Source: Paramecium tetraurelia
Lineage: Eukaryota
Reading direction: 5' to 3'
DNA: 64,000 nucleotides
Assembly (NCBI GenBank): GCA_000165425.1
Contig: CT868654.1
Location: forward strand, 186,001 to 250,000
The translations under genes were made by a program, and so were the position numbers. The notes beneath the pieces are model-generated. The model did not search any database. It saw nothing but the letters and a program-made list of their open reading frames with translations, and had not been told where the DNA came from. Below, piece after piece: positions 39,771 to 54,539 of the stretch; the stretch's first letter is position 1, and each line of letters begins with the position of its first letter.

Positions 39771-42003
39771 ATGAAGATTAAAAGTAATACAATATTCTGT
39801 AATTTCATTAATAACAAGATAATCATATTGACAATTAATCATTACCTAATTATTTGCAGTAAAGGTTTGATTATTATCGTTAAGTGCTTTGATGAGTATT
39901 TTAAAGAACCATTGATCAGTGGATATGATTTAGAATGTGTTGCTATCTTGACTCATTAATCTTAAGATAGTGAGAATCTTATATTTGAAATATTTCTAAA
40001 AGTTAGCATCTACATTTTATACAAACTGACTTTCAAGAACATATAGGAATGATTACAAATTATTAGATTCTTATAAGTATTTTAGAAGTATTCCAGAATT
40101 CTCAAGGCACAAAGTCTTAAAAAATAGTTTCTTAGCTTTATAACTCAATTATGAATTAGGATCTGTTATAAGTTACATTAAAATATTCAATAGATTGTTT
40201 GATAAGAGGATGTTTTAGGCAGTAAAGTTTTGATAATTCAATTGGTAAGGCAATTTAAATACCTTTTTTAGAGTACTTAAGATCTACATTTTGAATCTGT
40301 TGTCTGTGGCTTAATTTTATAATTATGACAATAGTGCTAGAAGAACATCTTAGTGTATTTAGGTGGCCAATAATGGTTAGATGTTAATGAGCATATTAAT
40401 CTGGATTTGAATTCTGATTTAGTTGTTTTCGATTGATTAAATTAATCCATAATGTTGATAGTAATTGAGGATACTCTGGAGCCAAAGTAAGTTATCTGGT
40501 AGGGTATTCATCAAAGTCATAAACTTACTGGCCTGATGATTATCATATCTGGAGAAGAGACATCCAATGAACCAGCTGTGGTAAAATAGTTTTTCATCAT
40601 CAATAAGCTAAACATCAAGAAGGGCTTGTCGTTTAGTAAACAATATTTGTTGGTAGGTTTTATCATATAGAATTAGATGTCCTAGTAGGATGTAACCTTA
40701 TTCAATGACGAGATCATTTTGAGTCTCAGAAATGATATTTAATATTGTATCTACTAGTAGGACACTCTATATAGGGATGAGTATTTGGATTTCGTAGATG
40801 TGAATGGTGGCTGCAATTAACGTAAGTGCTTGTAATCCTAGAATTTGATTTTAATCTTTTTCGTCTTAAAGAACTTGATCTTTGTCATCATCAACCAGGA
40901 GCAATTTGAATAGATGATCACAATATCCATTGTTTATGATCTAGGCAATCAATTTATTCACATATTCTATTTTATTAATTTTTACGTGGGGTAATCTTTA
41001 TAATAGTACTCCTTTGAGAACTTAAATGATTTACGCTGGCAAAATATTAAAGTCTTAAAATATAATGTGGTCTTAATGAAATTGATTTAAGGAGGGTTCA
41101 AAAGAATCTCTGCAGATGAAATAGTATTTTTTGATGTGTTTATTTGAGGATCGATTTTCAAAGGATGCTAAAATATGTTCAACTGATTGCAAATTTTAAG
41201 TGGTGAACAGTTATTTGAATGGAGAGGCCAAAAAGGCTATTTATAATTATTGGAGATATCTAGGGATTTAATATAAATGAAGTACTAGCTCTATTCTTCT
41301 AAGGAGGACAAAGATTTCAAGTATGTTAGACATTAGACTTTCTTCATGTATTCTACAAACAACTTCAAATATTCATTCCAATCAAGTTTGCCGTCTTTGT
41401 TTTCGTCGAAGATGTTAAAACATTCTTGGATAGTAGATTATGAGACCTGATTATTCTCAGCCAATGTATAAATAAGATTGGTGAAATCGACAATTCTTTA
41501 GATAGTTTTTAGAGGTATTACCCAAAATGAGTTTTGTTGATTCCTAGAATGCTAATGAAATTATTTCGTATTTCATTTATATGAAATTCATTAAGGATGC
41601 GTTGACTTAGGAGGCGAGACTCTTAATCAATAATTTCCATTTAAATTTAATAATCCCAAATTTATTTAAGCATATTACAACTTCTTTGTTTTTCACCTCA
41701 GATCTCCATATAACCTATTAATTCACCTCTTCTTTCAACTCCCAATGCAATTATTTAGGTCTACATTATGACAAAAGGATTCTATTAATCGATCTGAAAT
41801 CTAATTACTCAGTTTCAGAATATTAATTATAAGTCTTAATGTAGTTATTAATTATTATATATCAATATTAACTTAGGTTTTCAGTCAAGACAAACTTTAC
41901 ATTAAATTATAGTTAAGTCTTATTTAATTTGCTTCTAATCAAAGAATGGGTTCATATTGATATTTAGAAGTTGAAGAGATATGATCGAGCGTTTCAAATA
42001 TGA
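39771..42003 (+). CDS. Hypothetical protein (exon structure approximate)
   Basis: Long protein-like frames separated by GT..AG mini-introns; ends KRYDRAFQI-TGA. Confidence 0.45.
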
Positions 42004-42379
42004 ACTTATATTATTGACTCATGCAATTAAATTATTGTTTTAATTAGTAATTATCTTATAATAATTATACATATCATCCATAATTAAGATTTGTGAGTTT
42101 GATTAACAAAAAGTAATTCCTTATATCTATCTTCATCCTAGCAATTAAATAATTTTATAATACATAGATGTATCCCATCATATATATAGAAAATTTGTCA
42201 TGAAATACTTAAACCTCTGTTTTATGGACTATCCATGTCTTGCTCCTTAATTGTCTCCATAATTATAAGAAATATATCTGGATCTCTGCTGAATTCTTCC
42301 TGATTTACTAGATTTTTAAGGTGTTTAGACCCTTCATTAAGAATGGGCTGTTTCATAAATTAAATAAATGAGTAACAAA

Positions 42380-43867
42380 TCAATTCAATGCAATTATATC
42401 TACGACTTTGACTCTTTGATCATCTGTCTAGACGATTTTCAAGATTGCTTAGATTTGCTAATTAATCATTTATATATTGTCTTACACTTCTACAGATCAA
42501 GCATTCTTTTCGTTCTTGGAACCAATCAAAAGCACATTTGGAACAGACTCCTCCATGACCACATGGGATGTACACAGTACAACTTTATTATTGAAAACAA
42601 TTAAAACATTGTTTCAGTGTTCCATCATGTTGGGCTACATCAGTTAGAGTTGGACTTTTATTATTAAGACCAGCAGAGTTAATTTCAGTTTGGTTTCTTT
42701 GATCTTCTGGGAGGTAGTAAGTGCTAGAGATTTTGATTAGTTGTTTTGGAAAATCATTTAGGATATTATCTCTAAATGTATTAACAAACTTCTTTTGATT
42801 TCTTGAACTTGGGAAGCTTATGATGTCAGGTTCTCTTACTGTTTACTGTTAAATTTGTAACTCTAAGATTCTCAAAATGAATGTTGATAGCATGTCTTTA
42901 TGGTAGATGGTGTAGACCATAAATATGAGAGTATAGAATACACTAATAATTATTGCAAGCACGTAATCATGGTCCATATTTTATTCTAAATAAAAACTCA
43001 ATTTGTAGAGAGCATATGAAGGTACTCCGCAAAAGCCGAAAATTATCAAATTTGTCCATATGTACCCAACGATTTGGACTATCAATATGGGTTTTTAATC
43101 TGCAGTGCTATTGAAATATTGATTTATTATGATAGACAATTTAAACAGGAAACCTAATTGCATCATGATGACGATGAGTAAGAACAACCAAAAAATAGAG
43201 AAGGTATAGATCCATCTGGCAGACAACCAATCAATCAGTTTCAGATTTATGAACATCAATTGTGCTACAAAACAAAATCTAATCAAGACTATAATCTATC
43301 TTATTTATTGACATTGATACCAATTTCTGTTGATGATCTTGGGTGTTTCTCCTATATTACTAAAAGATGGATTTAATCACCCATATGATGGTCATCAATA
43401 CCAAAAACATAGCCAAGTATTACATTTGAAGGTCATTGTTATCAACAAAATATATCAAGCAACTCTGATCTTATTAATCAAACATACATAATACGAGATT
43501 AATCCGATACCCCACATCAACTCGAAACAACATTCCTGGTTTGTTGCTCTGACTATAATGAATATATTGTACATCTTATGGTATGAAATGCATATCTTAA
43601 TCAAATACAACAGGTGTCCTATGCTTAGAAATAGAATTGGAATCCTGAAGCTCAAATTAAATGCGAATGATGAAAGTAACAAGGTCAAGAAACAATTAAA
43701 CAATATAACTATCAAGAGAGCCTAATTAGAATAGCTCTTACTATGGTCAGCCAGCTGTAGGCTATCTGTAAATTCATAGTTGATTCAGATTCTACAGGTT
43801 GGGCATCAATACTGAATTCTGAATTATTTCGCCTAGGAGTCGAACTTTGAGATTATTATTAATTCAT
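42380..43867 (-). CDS. Multi-pass membrane protein with C-terminal C3HC4 RING (putative E3 ligase)
   Basis: Many hydrophobic segments; CFNCFQQQSCTVYIPCGHGGVCSKCAFDWFQERKECLICRS. Confidence 0.85.
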
Positions 43868-44081
43868 TATAATTAATTAATTACATCAAATTCAAATTAT
43901 TTACTATAAGTAAAAGACTTAATTGTTATGAGTAATTGTACCTATCTTTACAATCTGAATTCTTTGTCCCTTGGATCCGAAACATATAATAAATATATTA
44001 CAATCGATTATTTATAATAATTTATAAGATTTCTAATTTCATATATCGTTATTAATTTTTGAATTTCAAATAATAAAATAT

Positions 44082-44381
44082 ATGAATAGTTCTCCCTACA
44101 TAGTAAAGAGAAGACAAAGAGTTGGTGATTGGATCTGCGGTGTATGTAAAAACTTAAACTTCTCGTTCCGAAATCAATGTAAATCCAATGAACAATATCC
44201 AGGCAACCGATGCAATAAGTTCCCGCATAGAAAATCCTCAAAGCAATCATTTCGAGGTTTTCGAACATTGGTTCTCATCCATTACGAAGAACCAATCGAA
44301 AGTGTTGATGAATTACTAGAAAACCAAATCGATCCAATAGTTAAATCAAGCCTTTTGGTGCTCGATTTGGATCAATTTTGA
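44082..44381 (+). CDS. Small RanBP2-type zinc finger protein
   Basis: RVGDWICGVCKNLNFSFRNQC|NRCNK after removing the 24-nt intron 44179-44202. Confidence 0.8.
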   Translation: MNSSPYIVKRRQRVGDWICGVCKNLNFSFRNQCKSNEQYPGNRCNKFPHRKSSKQSFRGFRTLVLIHYEEPIESVDELLENQIDPIVKSSLLVLDLDQF

Positions 44382-44451
44382 ATTTACAATTTTTGTATTT
44401 TTTTCTGCTTTCATCGAGAGTATAATTATATAATAAATTTATTTACAAAAT

Positions 44452-44928
44452 ATGAGCGATCTAAAACCCTACTTATTGAATCAAAACAAAAGCGTCCATC
44501 ACTTCTAACACAACTTCTTCAAACAAGAACCTTCTCCTGTAAAGTCCCATCGCAAATAACTAGAACAACATGGATCTCCCAACCATCTATCAACTTCTCT
44601 CTCCTTTTCCAAGCCATTAACAAATAAACCACAACAAGCCTAATCTGACACATCCTATGTCTACTACCTTATTCAATAGATCAAATAGATGGAGTAGACC
44701 ATACAAGAATTAAAACAGGAAAATCAGTTATTGAGATCTCAATAGAAGATTGGATTTCTGGTATTAATCATGATCATATTAGGATTTACAATTTCAGTAG
44801 AAATAAATGATTAAATATCATAATTTATTAAAGTCTGTGCAAGAGGTTAAATTGGATAATATAACACTAAGAAAAAACATAGAATAAATGAATCTGATGA
44901 TGAAAATCCATTTAGCACCTGTGAATGA
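44452..44928 (+). CDS. Hypothetical coiled-coil protein
   Basis: MSDLKPYLLNQNKSVHHF...YLIQQIKQMEQTIQELKQENQLLR...ENPFSTCE-TGA. Confidence 0.6.
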
Positions 44929-45120
44929 AACATTATAATTGCTGAACCATCCAGAGAATACTGTTATTGTTCATAAAGAATCAATAAATTCAATGTAAAA
45001 GGATTCAATCAATGAATCAACTCCCAATGTTAAAATACATGCGAATATTAGCAAATATTAAAAATGCAAAACTGAAACGTAATTCAAGGATCAAAAATGA
45101 GTATATTTTATAACGTAATA

Positions 45121-45139
45121 AAACCCAGGATATAAATAA
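45121..45139 (+). promoter_or_regulatory. Upstream element AAACCCAGG + TATAAATAA (-29) of 5S copy 3
   Basis: Shared with copy 2, same spacing. Confidence 0.6.
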
Positions 45140-45159
45140 TAAAGGATATAGTAAATATC

Positions 45160-45279
45160 GTTGTCGGCCATACTAAGTCTAAAGCACCGGATCCCATTCG
45201 AACTCCGAAGTTAAGCGACTTAAGGCGAGGTTAGTACTAAGGTGGGGGACCGCTTGGGAAGTCCTCGTGTTGACAACCC
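45160..45279 (+). rRNA. 5S: 5S rRNA gene, copy 3
   Basis: Identical to copies 1 and 2 by inspection. Confidence 0.98.
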
Positions 45280-45286
45280 TTTTTTT
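45280..45286 (+). terminator. Pol III oligo-T terminator
   Basis: T7 after 5S. Confidence 0.9.
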
Positions 45287-45402
45287 ATTTATTTAAAATA
45301 ATACTATTTATTATTAATTAATAACTTATTTATACTTTAATTTAATTTAACAATAAGAAATATAAAAAAGGTTATTATATTAATTAATATTAAAGTAGAT
45401 TG

Positions 45403-46760
45403 ATGTTTAAATTAGGTATGATTTAATTGAATCTTTGAGCACCAATATTCTATGGATTTATGCAAATCTATTTACTAAGCATTTTTAGTATTGTAGATGA
45501 TAACCTATTCTAAAGTTAGAATTTAGGAACTTATTATCTGTATTTGATGATAATGCTTACTTTAATATTCTATGGGTTCACTGCTTTCAAGGATGTAAAT
45601 AATAATGATATGATAAGCCAGGATTTGTTACCATAAATGATTATCAATACACAGATAGTTCGAATCCATATTAAAAGAAGAGATAATAATTTCATCCACT
45701 TCCAGGCAATTTTTAATTGAGAACAAAGGAGCAAGTAGCAGAAGAACGAATAGATTTGAAAGTTGTTGAATCAGCTAAAAAGAATCCAAAGTATTGGAAA
45801 TTCGTATTATTATAATAGGAATAAAGAAGATTTTGAAATTGTCTGCGAGGCTTCAATAGATGAATAAAATATCCCTGATAACGAAATACAAAATATTGAG
45901 AATAATGATGCAGATAACGAGAGGACTCCGAAGAAATCTATGACTCCTTCTAAGGGTGTTTCATAATCGGAATGTCCTCATTCAAATAATGTTCCAACCT
46001 CATTAGTGCTTTCATAAGGGAGTACGAAGCCTGACATAAATAATAATAATGCTAACACACAAACTGATCCTCAATCTCACTTTTAATAGGAAATTATAGT
46101 TGAATAAATTGAACATCAATAATCGCCTAAATCTGCGAATAATGATAAGAACATTGATCAAAGTGTTCATCATGGGAATAGCATGTTCATTGAAAAGAGA
46201 TATTGTCCCATCTGCAATCAAGATCAAATCATCAGATCCAAACATTGTCGAAGATGTAATAGATGTGTGGCATTATATGATCATCATTGTCCATGGGTAT
46301 TAATATATATAACTATATTTAAAAGACTAGCAATTGCGTTGGAGAAAGGAATAGATGTGTATTTTATTGGTTTCTACTTTTCTAGATCCAAGAAATCATA
46401 TATGTAATGAGAGAAGTAAGTATTATTGGTCATATTTAGGCTTTTCCACACCTTGACTTCTCTTAATATAGTGGAGCATTTTCAGTATTAGTAGTGATCA
46501 GTCTATTGGTAACAATATCAATGGGGTTGATGGTTCTGAGCTTATTTTTATTTCATTCTTTGTTGACTTGTAAGAATATGACCACTTGGGAATATAAGAG
46601 TTGGAGAAGGATTTCATATCTCAAAGATTTTCCATAATAGTTAGGATCACCCTTTAGCAGTGGATGGAAGCAAAATCTGAGACAGTATTGTAGATTTAGT
46701 GTGCCTAAATTGACTAATTGGGAATATAGTAGTACATAAAATCTGAATTTTATAAAATGA
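45403..46760 (+). CDS. DHHC-type palmitoyltransferase (5' end approximate)
   Basis: [45 protein letters not shown] motif; [13 protein letters not shown]. Confidence 0.9.
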
Positions 46761-47573
46761 ATAATTAATCATTTAATTAGACATAGTAATAGCATCAATA
46801 TGAAGAAATCGAATAGGCTCTTTAGTTGCAATGTGATTTTGTTGATAAAGTAGTCTCCAATTTAACACTTGTCAATAAAGATTTATTAAACTTTCAATCT
46901 TAACCCCAAGAACAATGGTAGATGGAGAAAAATAATTATCTAAAATAAATTGTAGATTTGAGATCCCACATTGACAAAATCCAATCAGATTACGAGTCTG
47001 AAATAGTTCAAATGAGTGAGAGATTTCAAATTGCAAAGAATAGTAATTATACACTTTCATCATTTAGAATTGTAAGAAGAACATGATATGGCTATTCAAA
47101 TGAAAGATAATTAAATTATCAAATTGCAACAGGAATTGAAATAACTCACTAAATAAAAAGAGGAATTATAATCCTAAATTTAATAATCTAATAGAAAATC
47201 TTCTAATGATCAGACCACTCTAGTCAATAAATTACAATCTGAAAAAGAAAACAATAAACTTAAAGATGAAAATAAAATGCTTAAAATCCAATTGCAATAA
47301 TTGTAAGACCAGAATGCAAAATTAGAAGAAACCATATCAAAAAAACATCAGTCATTTCAAGAGTAACTAAGCATCAAATAAAAAGAAATTAATTAAATGA
47401 AGGAACTTGCTTAAGTCATCTTAGATTAAAGAACATAAATTGAAGATTTCTTTCTGGAATCTTTGCAAAAATTAGAATTAGGGGATGACTTGTAAATTAA
47501 GTCACTGTCTCAAAATGCTAAAATTTAAATATTAAAAGAAATTATTGCTGCTTTTACAAAGAAAAAGCACTGA
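46757..47573 (+). CDS. Coiled-coil hypothetical protein
   Basis: MNNQSFNQTQQQHQYEEIEQALQLQCDFVDKVV...IEDFFLESLQK...FTKKKH-TGA; first ATG overlaps the DHHC stop. Confidence 0.65.
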
Positions 47574-47674
47574 ATATTATTTTATATTAAATATTTAAAA
47601 AGAAATTATTACAGAATCAAACAGAAGTTGAATTATTTTCAACAATTAACACAAAATTTTCATTGTTATTATAA

Positions 47675-48018
47675 ATGTAATACAATTAATATGTTTTGAA
47701 TATCCAAGAAGATATTATTAATGACATAAATGATGCTGCCAATAGAATATAAAATAGTGTTGTAAATATTAAAGATGAAATTAACGAATAAGAAAAGTAA
47801 GTGCAACCTCAATTATATTTAGTAAGATTACAAAGTTAGGTGTAGACATAGGTAAAACTGAAAAGAAGCTGAATTTCGTTTAATCAAAATTGCGTGATTT
47901 ACTAAAAACTAATGGTATAATTGGTCAATATGCAATTCTAGAATAAAGTCAGATCTGTACAATTCTAATACTTTTTGGAACTCTTTGTGCTTTGATTTTT
48001 CTCTTGTTTTTTACTTGA
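47675..48018 (+). CDS. Small Qc-SNARE (syntaxin-6/8 or Bet1-like)
   Basis: QEDIINDINDAANRIQNSVVNIKDEINEQENKITKLGVDIGKTEKKLNFVQSKLRDLLK + C-terminal TM; two introns. Confidence 0.75.
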
Positions 48019-48134
48019 AATATTGAGTAGTCTTAAAATGTTAAATTAAAATTATCTTAAATCATTTAATCATTTTATTATTGATTAAATAATACTATAA
48101 TTGATTTCTTATTGAAATATACAATATTTTATTA

Positions 48135-49405
<1,271 letters not shown>

Positions 49406-50762
49406 TTATAATATTAATCTCTTTTGTAAATATATATTTTAAATAACATCATGAATGCCTATGATTAAATATTGTCGATTGATCTTATTCATATAGATAA
49501 CATTATTATATTTGAATAATAATGCCTTTATATATTTGTAGATGAGTTTGATTCAACCTCCATTCTGTTGGATAAAATTATTCAACAACATCATAATTTA
49601 AGTACTATTTGTATTTTACATTATCATAAGAAGATTGATTACTACTTTAAAAGCTAACTTTTATAAATGAAAAATAACATACAGAAAAAAAGATATTCAA
49701 AAGTGATATATGATTGAATCATAAATTGGTTATATCAATTTTTTGAGTAATTGTGCACATTCATTATGTAATTTTTCTTCCTCTTTATAATACTTATTGT
49801 TTTTTCTCACAATATTTTAAGATTGGTAGATAATGTATAAAATTATACTGTTATTTATTTTCAGCTATAGCCAAAGAAGTCTTTCTTTACTAATGTTAAT
49901 CAACTTTCTCTGATGATCTTTTGTTTAATCTACAACCCTCCTTAATTGATATAGGTGCAATACCAAAAGCTCATTGACTTAATTTTCAGATCAGCCTTTG
50001 TTACTCCTTTTTCCCAGAGAATTCAAGTAATATCTTCCTTTAATCATTCTTAATTTTTGAATCGCTTTTACATTTTGAAGTTAATATTTGAATTAATATA
50101 ATCTAAATTAATACATCAAAATGTTCAAGATTTTCAATTAATTTTAATTAATATTGATATAATGTTTTATGAAAGCTTCAATATTAATTATATAAAATTC
50201 ATATCCATTTAGTTATATACTTTCTTATTTAATAAGATTTTGCAGTATCCAACTTTAGTATTATGTACTCTATGATTTTTACATTTCATAATTGGTTCTT
50301 TATGAATGGACATTAAAATTTATATTAATTTTTCTTATGTTCTTCGTTTGCAATTTGTTTATCATCAAAATAAAGAGCAGGATTCATCAATACTATTGAT
50401 CTTTATGTCTAAATTATAGTGGTCAATTTCATTGTGATAAATAGAGATAATATCTCCTTAATCTCTATTAATAACCCCTATTAATAAAATCTTTAATTAA
50501 ATTTACACTTATCCTTTATTCCTTATATATTTAATAAGTACTCTTTGCTTATTCATTAAATAAATAATTAATAAATGAAATTGCCTTTACTTTGAATTAG
50601 TTTTAATTTCTAATAAATTAAAAATAATTAAATTATAAATGATAATAATGTAGATGTAGATATAATGGCAATTTCCTCTTCAATTAAACTTGACAAACAC
50701 TAGTAATTTCTAAGTTGTTATCAAATTAAAATTATTTTATATTTAAATCCAATTAAAAAATT

Positions 50763-51788
50763 ATGTATAAATTAAATACAATATAGGGCCACTCCTTCTT
50801 TAATTTTTAGACACCAATCAATCACCTTACAAAAAAGAACTTATTTTAATCAGCTAATGAAATTAAACCAAAAAGAAAGAATTCTAATGGTACTCTGAGT
50901 GGAGCATAATCATTGCCAAAAGAATTTTGGTTTAGAGACTATGATAGAAGTATAACTGGTAAGAAATAGAAAAAAGAATAGCATAAAGCAAATAGACATT
51001 AAAATCCTATATATTATATAAGAAATGAATAATAGACACATTTATTAACCTATTAAAATCGGCCATGTACATCAAGTCCATCCAAAAAATGGAAATAATA
51101 TAGGAATATCATTCTAAATAAGAAATCATCATTAAATATGACATCAAATCTAATCAAACAGAAATTTCAAGAGACTCTGCATCTGTTAATTCCATCAAAA
51201 TCTTAATAGTCTCCTAAAAGTGATCGATGTTCTCTTCCATCCTCTAATAAACTAACTAGCAATCTAAATGGGACTATAATTAAGCAATTAAAGAAACTTA
51301 ATCGATTAGAATCTGATAGAACAGAATATATACCAAGTTTATTATCAATTGATAAATAAATTAAAGATAGTAGTATCAGTTAAAGTAATGTTAATAACAA
51401 TTCGTTAATATAAAACAAAGAAATATTTCAAAAACAATTAATAACCAGAAACAGATTTCTAAAGGACTCCTGTAGATTGTATGGTTTAGATTGGCATGTA
51501 AGATCTTCAATAAAAAAACTGGTTTTCTCGGATTCGATTCAATTTTCTGAATCATGTGAAACTAAATGTGATAAAATTGAAAATTCTCCTAAATCAATAG
51601 AGAAATCAAATTATAAACAGAATAATCTACTCAAATTAATAAACAAGTAAAAAGAAAAACAATAAAGTCAAAAGTAAAGATCATGTAGTACATCTCTAAA
51701 AAAGAATAAAAATAAATCTTCTAATAATAGGGTGATAAATGTCTATTTTCCATCTCTTTAGATGATTACTAAACGTAATTTCTCATGA
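50763..51788 (+). CDS. Hypothetical low-complexity protein
   Basis: MYKLNTIQGHSFFNFQ...SLPKEFWFRDYDR...VYFPSLQMITKRNFS-TGA. Confidence 0.5.
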
Positions 51789-52079
51789 TAAAATTTTTAT
51801 TGATTAAATAATTTAGTTATGAATATTGGTGTTGATAAATATATTCATTAAATATAGTTCTTTTTATTAATTATAGTATTTTTAATTTAATGATCTGTGC
51901 TTTAGAATATTAATTTATAATTAAATATCTTATGATTGTATGAGAAAGATAGTAATGCTATCATAACTTATAGTATTTTGCGTCTTAACTTATATAGATA
52001 TATATTAGATTAATAGTAAATGAATTGCTTAATTTTCTTATAATCAGTCTAACATTTATAATATTAATATAAAATAAAG

Positions 52080-53340
52080 ATGTAAATTCTACGTGTGGAT
52101 GAGTTTAGTGACTTTTTGGAAAAGACACTTAATTTGAAAGCTGATTGTTATTTGGCTTCCTTATTCAAATAATTTGGCCGCTTCTTCAATATAGCAAAAA
52201 GAATGATTGAGTTGCTGATTGAATTAGATAAACATTTTGAATAGGAAAATAGATCGCGCACTTTAATTAATAATGCCATTGCTTTATTGAATCAATTTTT
52301 CATAGAGCATGTATCATTTGTTTAATGGAGTTATTGTGAATAATTTATTGTTTAGGGTAATGAAAGGATTACTTAAATCAGAGCTAATATTCATCCTATA
52401 TTTCATTAATTCGATCAAACAAAGATCAAGAAATCTTTATGTGAAGTGTTGTTGAATCTACAAGAGAAGAATACACAACTATTATAATAGATGACATTAT
52501 TATCCAATGAAGTAAATCTCCATTAAATCATACTCAAATAGAAAGAAGAACAATATAAGGTATTCACATTTATGTTATAATAAGAAATTTAATGATAACA
52601 TTGAATACATCAAACAATACAAACAGACAGAAGATTCTGAATTTAAGAAGTATTTTGCATTATTCATCAAATTATAACCACTTTAATAATCAAGTAAGAT
52701 ACTACATAAGACTTAGAGATTCTGTATGAGTTGTACAAAACCATTTTATTGTGTCTAATCAATTGTTCTAATTTGCTATGCCTCTTAGAAGTTCCAATTG
52801 AGAATTCCAAGATGGTCAAATAAATAGGCAAAAAGAATCTAAAGGGTAACACACATGAAGTGCAATTGCTGATGAAATATAGTCAGATCCTTGTCAATAA
52901 AGAGTAGATTTGGAATACATTGAATAAGTAGCATTACGAGGACTTGGCTGAAACTATTAAATTATTAGAGAAATAGATATTCTACAAATAACCAAATGAC
53001 CCTTTTGTAATACAGTGTAATCTGGGAGAATTAAGATCCATATTGTCAAAAAAGGAAGTATGATCATTATTATACTCTCAGAATCTTATGTATCAATTAT
53101 CCAACTAATTCAAAAAACCAGAAGTGCTGTAGGAGTGGAATACAATGTAACCATTAGGATTAATCACACTATAACAGTTATAGGAAATAGCTGGATAGTT
53201 CTTTGGTCATTTGAGTACTTTTGTGAGAGTCACTTAAGTGTATTAGAATACAAAATAGGAGATATCTAAGTTCTTTGATTAGAACTTTGGATAAATTGTT
53301 TAATTAGAATGTAATGAATTTGATTATTTGATTATTTGAT
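52080..53340 (+). CDS. Hypothetical helical protein (3' end approximate)
   Basis: MQILRVDEFSDFLEKTLNL... long open frames with mini-introns. Confidence 0.5.
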
Positions 53341-53611
53341 TAGTTAATATTAATTAATTATCATGCATTGTAATAAGAATAAAACAAAATAAATTAAACT
53401 AGTTAACTATCAACTAGATTCTCATCAATACATCTTAATAACCTTTATACTTGTAGTCATTTTCAACTTACAACTTTAATATTAACAGAAAATGAAAATG
53501 CAATCAAATTCCCTTCATCTACTCATTTAAAATTATTACGAATGATCATAAACTTATGTTGTCATTAATATTTATTTTAAATAAAACTGCAAATCCTTTC
53601 TACCTACAACT

Positions 53612-54150
53612 ATGATGTAAGCTCATCTTCATGTATTCACTAATACCAATCATCATTAGGTCGGATAATCACAACCCCATACCTCAGAGGCTCCAGTCTT
53701 ACAATTCTTGGGTAAATCTAAGAAGCGTAAACGTCGTTCACTTGACACCAACGATTGGATTTCTCTTCACGATTACAAAATTAAAGGCAATTCCCATACC
53801 TAATACCTCATTAGACTTAAAGTTGATAATGTTGTATGGTCTTTCTGGACTAGATATAGCATGTTATCTGAGCTCCATTAAACTCTTGATGAAGTGACCA
53901 AATCCCAATTGCCCACGTTCCCAGTTAAACGACTCTTTGGTAATCTTAACCCAGATTTCATCTCAACCAGAAAAGCATAACTTGATATCTATCTTTAGGT
54001 TTTAAACCAATCTCCTTTATGTAGGCTCTTTTTAGAGATTCCTAAGTCCGTGATTCCAAAGTATTTCAAGACTTCATCAGCAATTCAAAATAAAAAGCCT
54101 TCAAAAAGGCTGACCTTGATTCCCTTCATCAATTTAAATTGGATGTTTGA
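53612..54150 (+). CDS. PX-domain-only protein (sorting nexin-like)
   Basis: HTQYLIRLKVDNVVWSFWTRYSMLSELHQTL...LPTFPVKRLFGNLNPDFISTRKAQLDIYLQ|ALF...FQDFI. Confidence 0.85.
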
Positions 54151-54174
54151 AATATATATAAAATTAGAGTATTA

Positions 54175-54539
54175 ATGTTTTTATTACTTCTCTTAGCATT
54201 TGTTAATCCCATCCCTATTTCAGATCCAAATCAACCTGCTTTCCTTAATAATCTTGAAAATCAGGAAAGTAAACCTATTTAAACTAAGGAATTATTCTTA
54301 TTGGAAATTGCGGATTATTTTTAAGGAACACCTTTCTATAATTTTCTTGGTAATGTTATATTCCTTATTGATTAGACTTATAAAATAAAGACAATGAAAC
54401 CAAAAGAATAGTGATTGCCACTGCTTTGTCAATTGTTATGATAGTCGTTTTGTGCGTGATTATCTAATTTGTCTTAGATGTAGCCAAACAATCCAACATT
54501 TAATTAAGTGTTGAAAAGAAGTCAAACTAATCTGATTGA
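54175..54539 (+). CDS. Small protein with signal peptide and C-terminal TM helix
   Basis: MFLLLLLAFVNP start; IVIATALSIVMIVVLCVII TM; two probable mini-introns. Confidence 0.45.

Noticed and set aside
21837..46760. ABHD17-like depalmitoylase and DHHC palmitoyltransferase as a functional cluster
   Set aside because: 23 kb apart, both from large families; co-occurrence is likely chance
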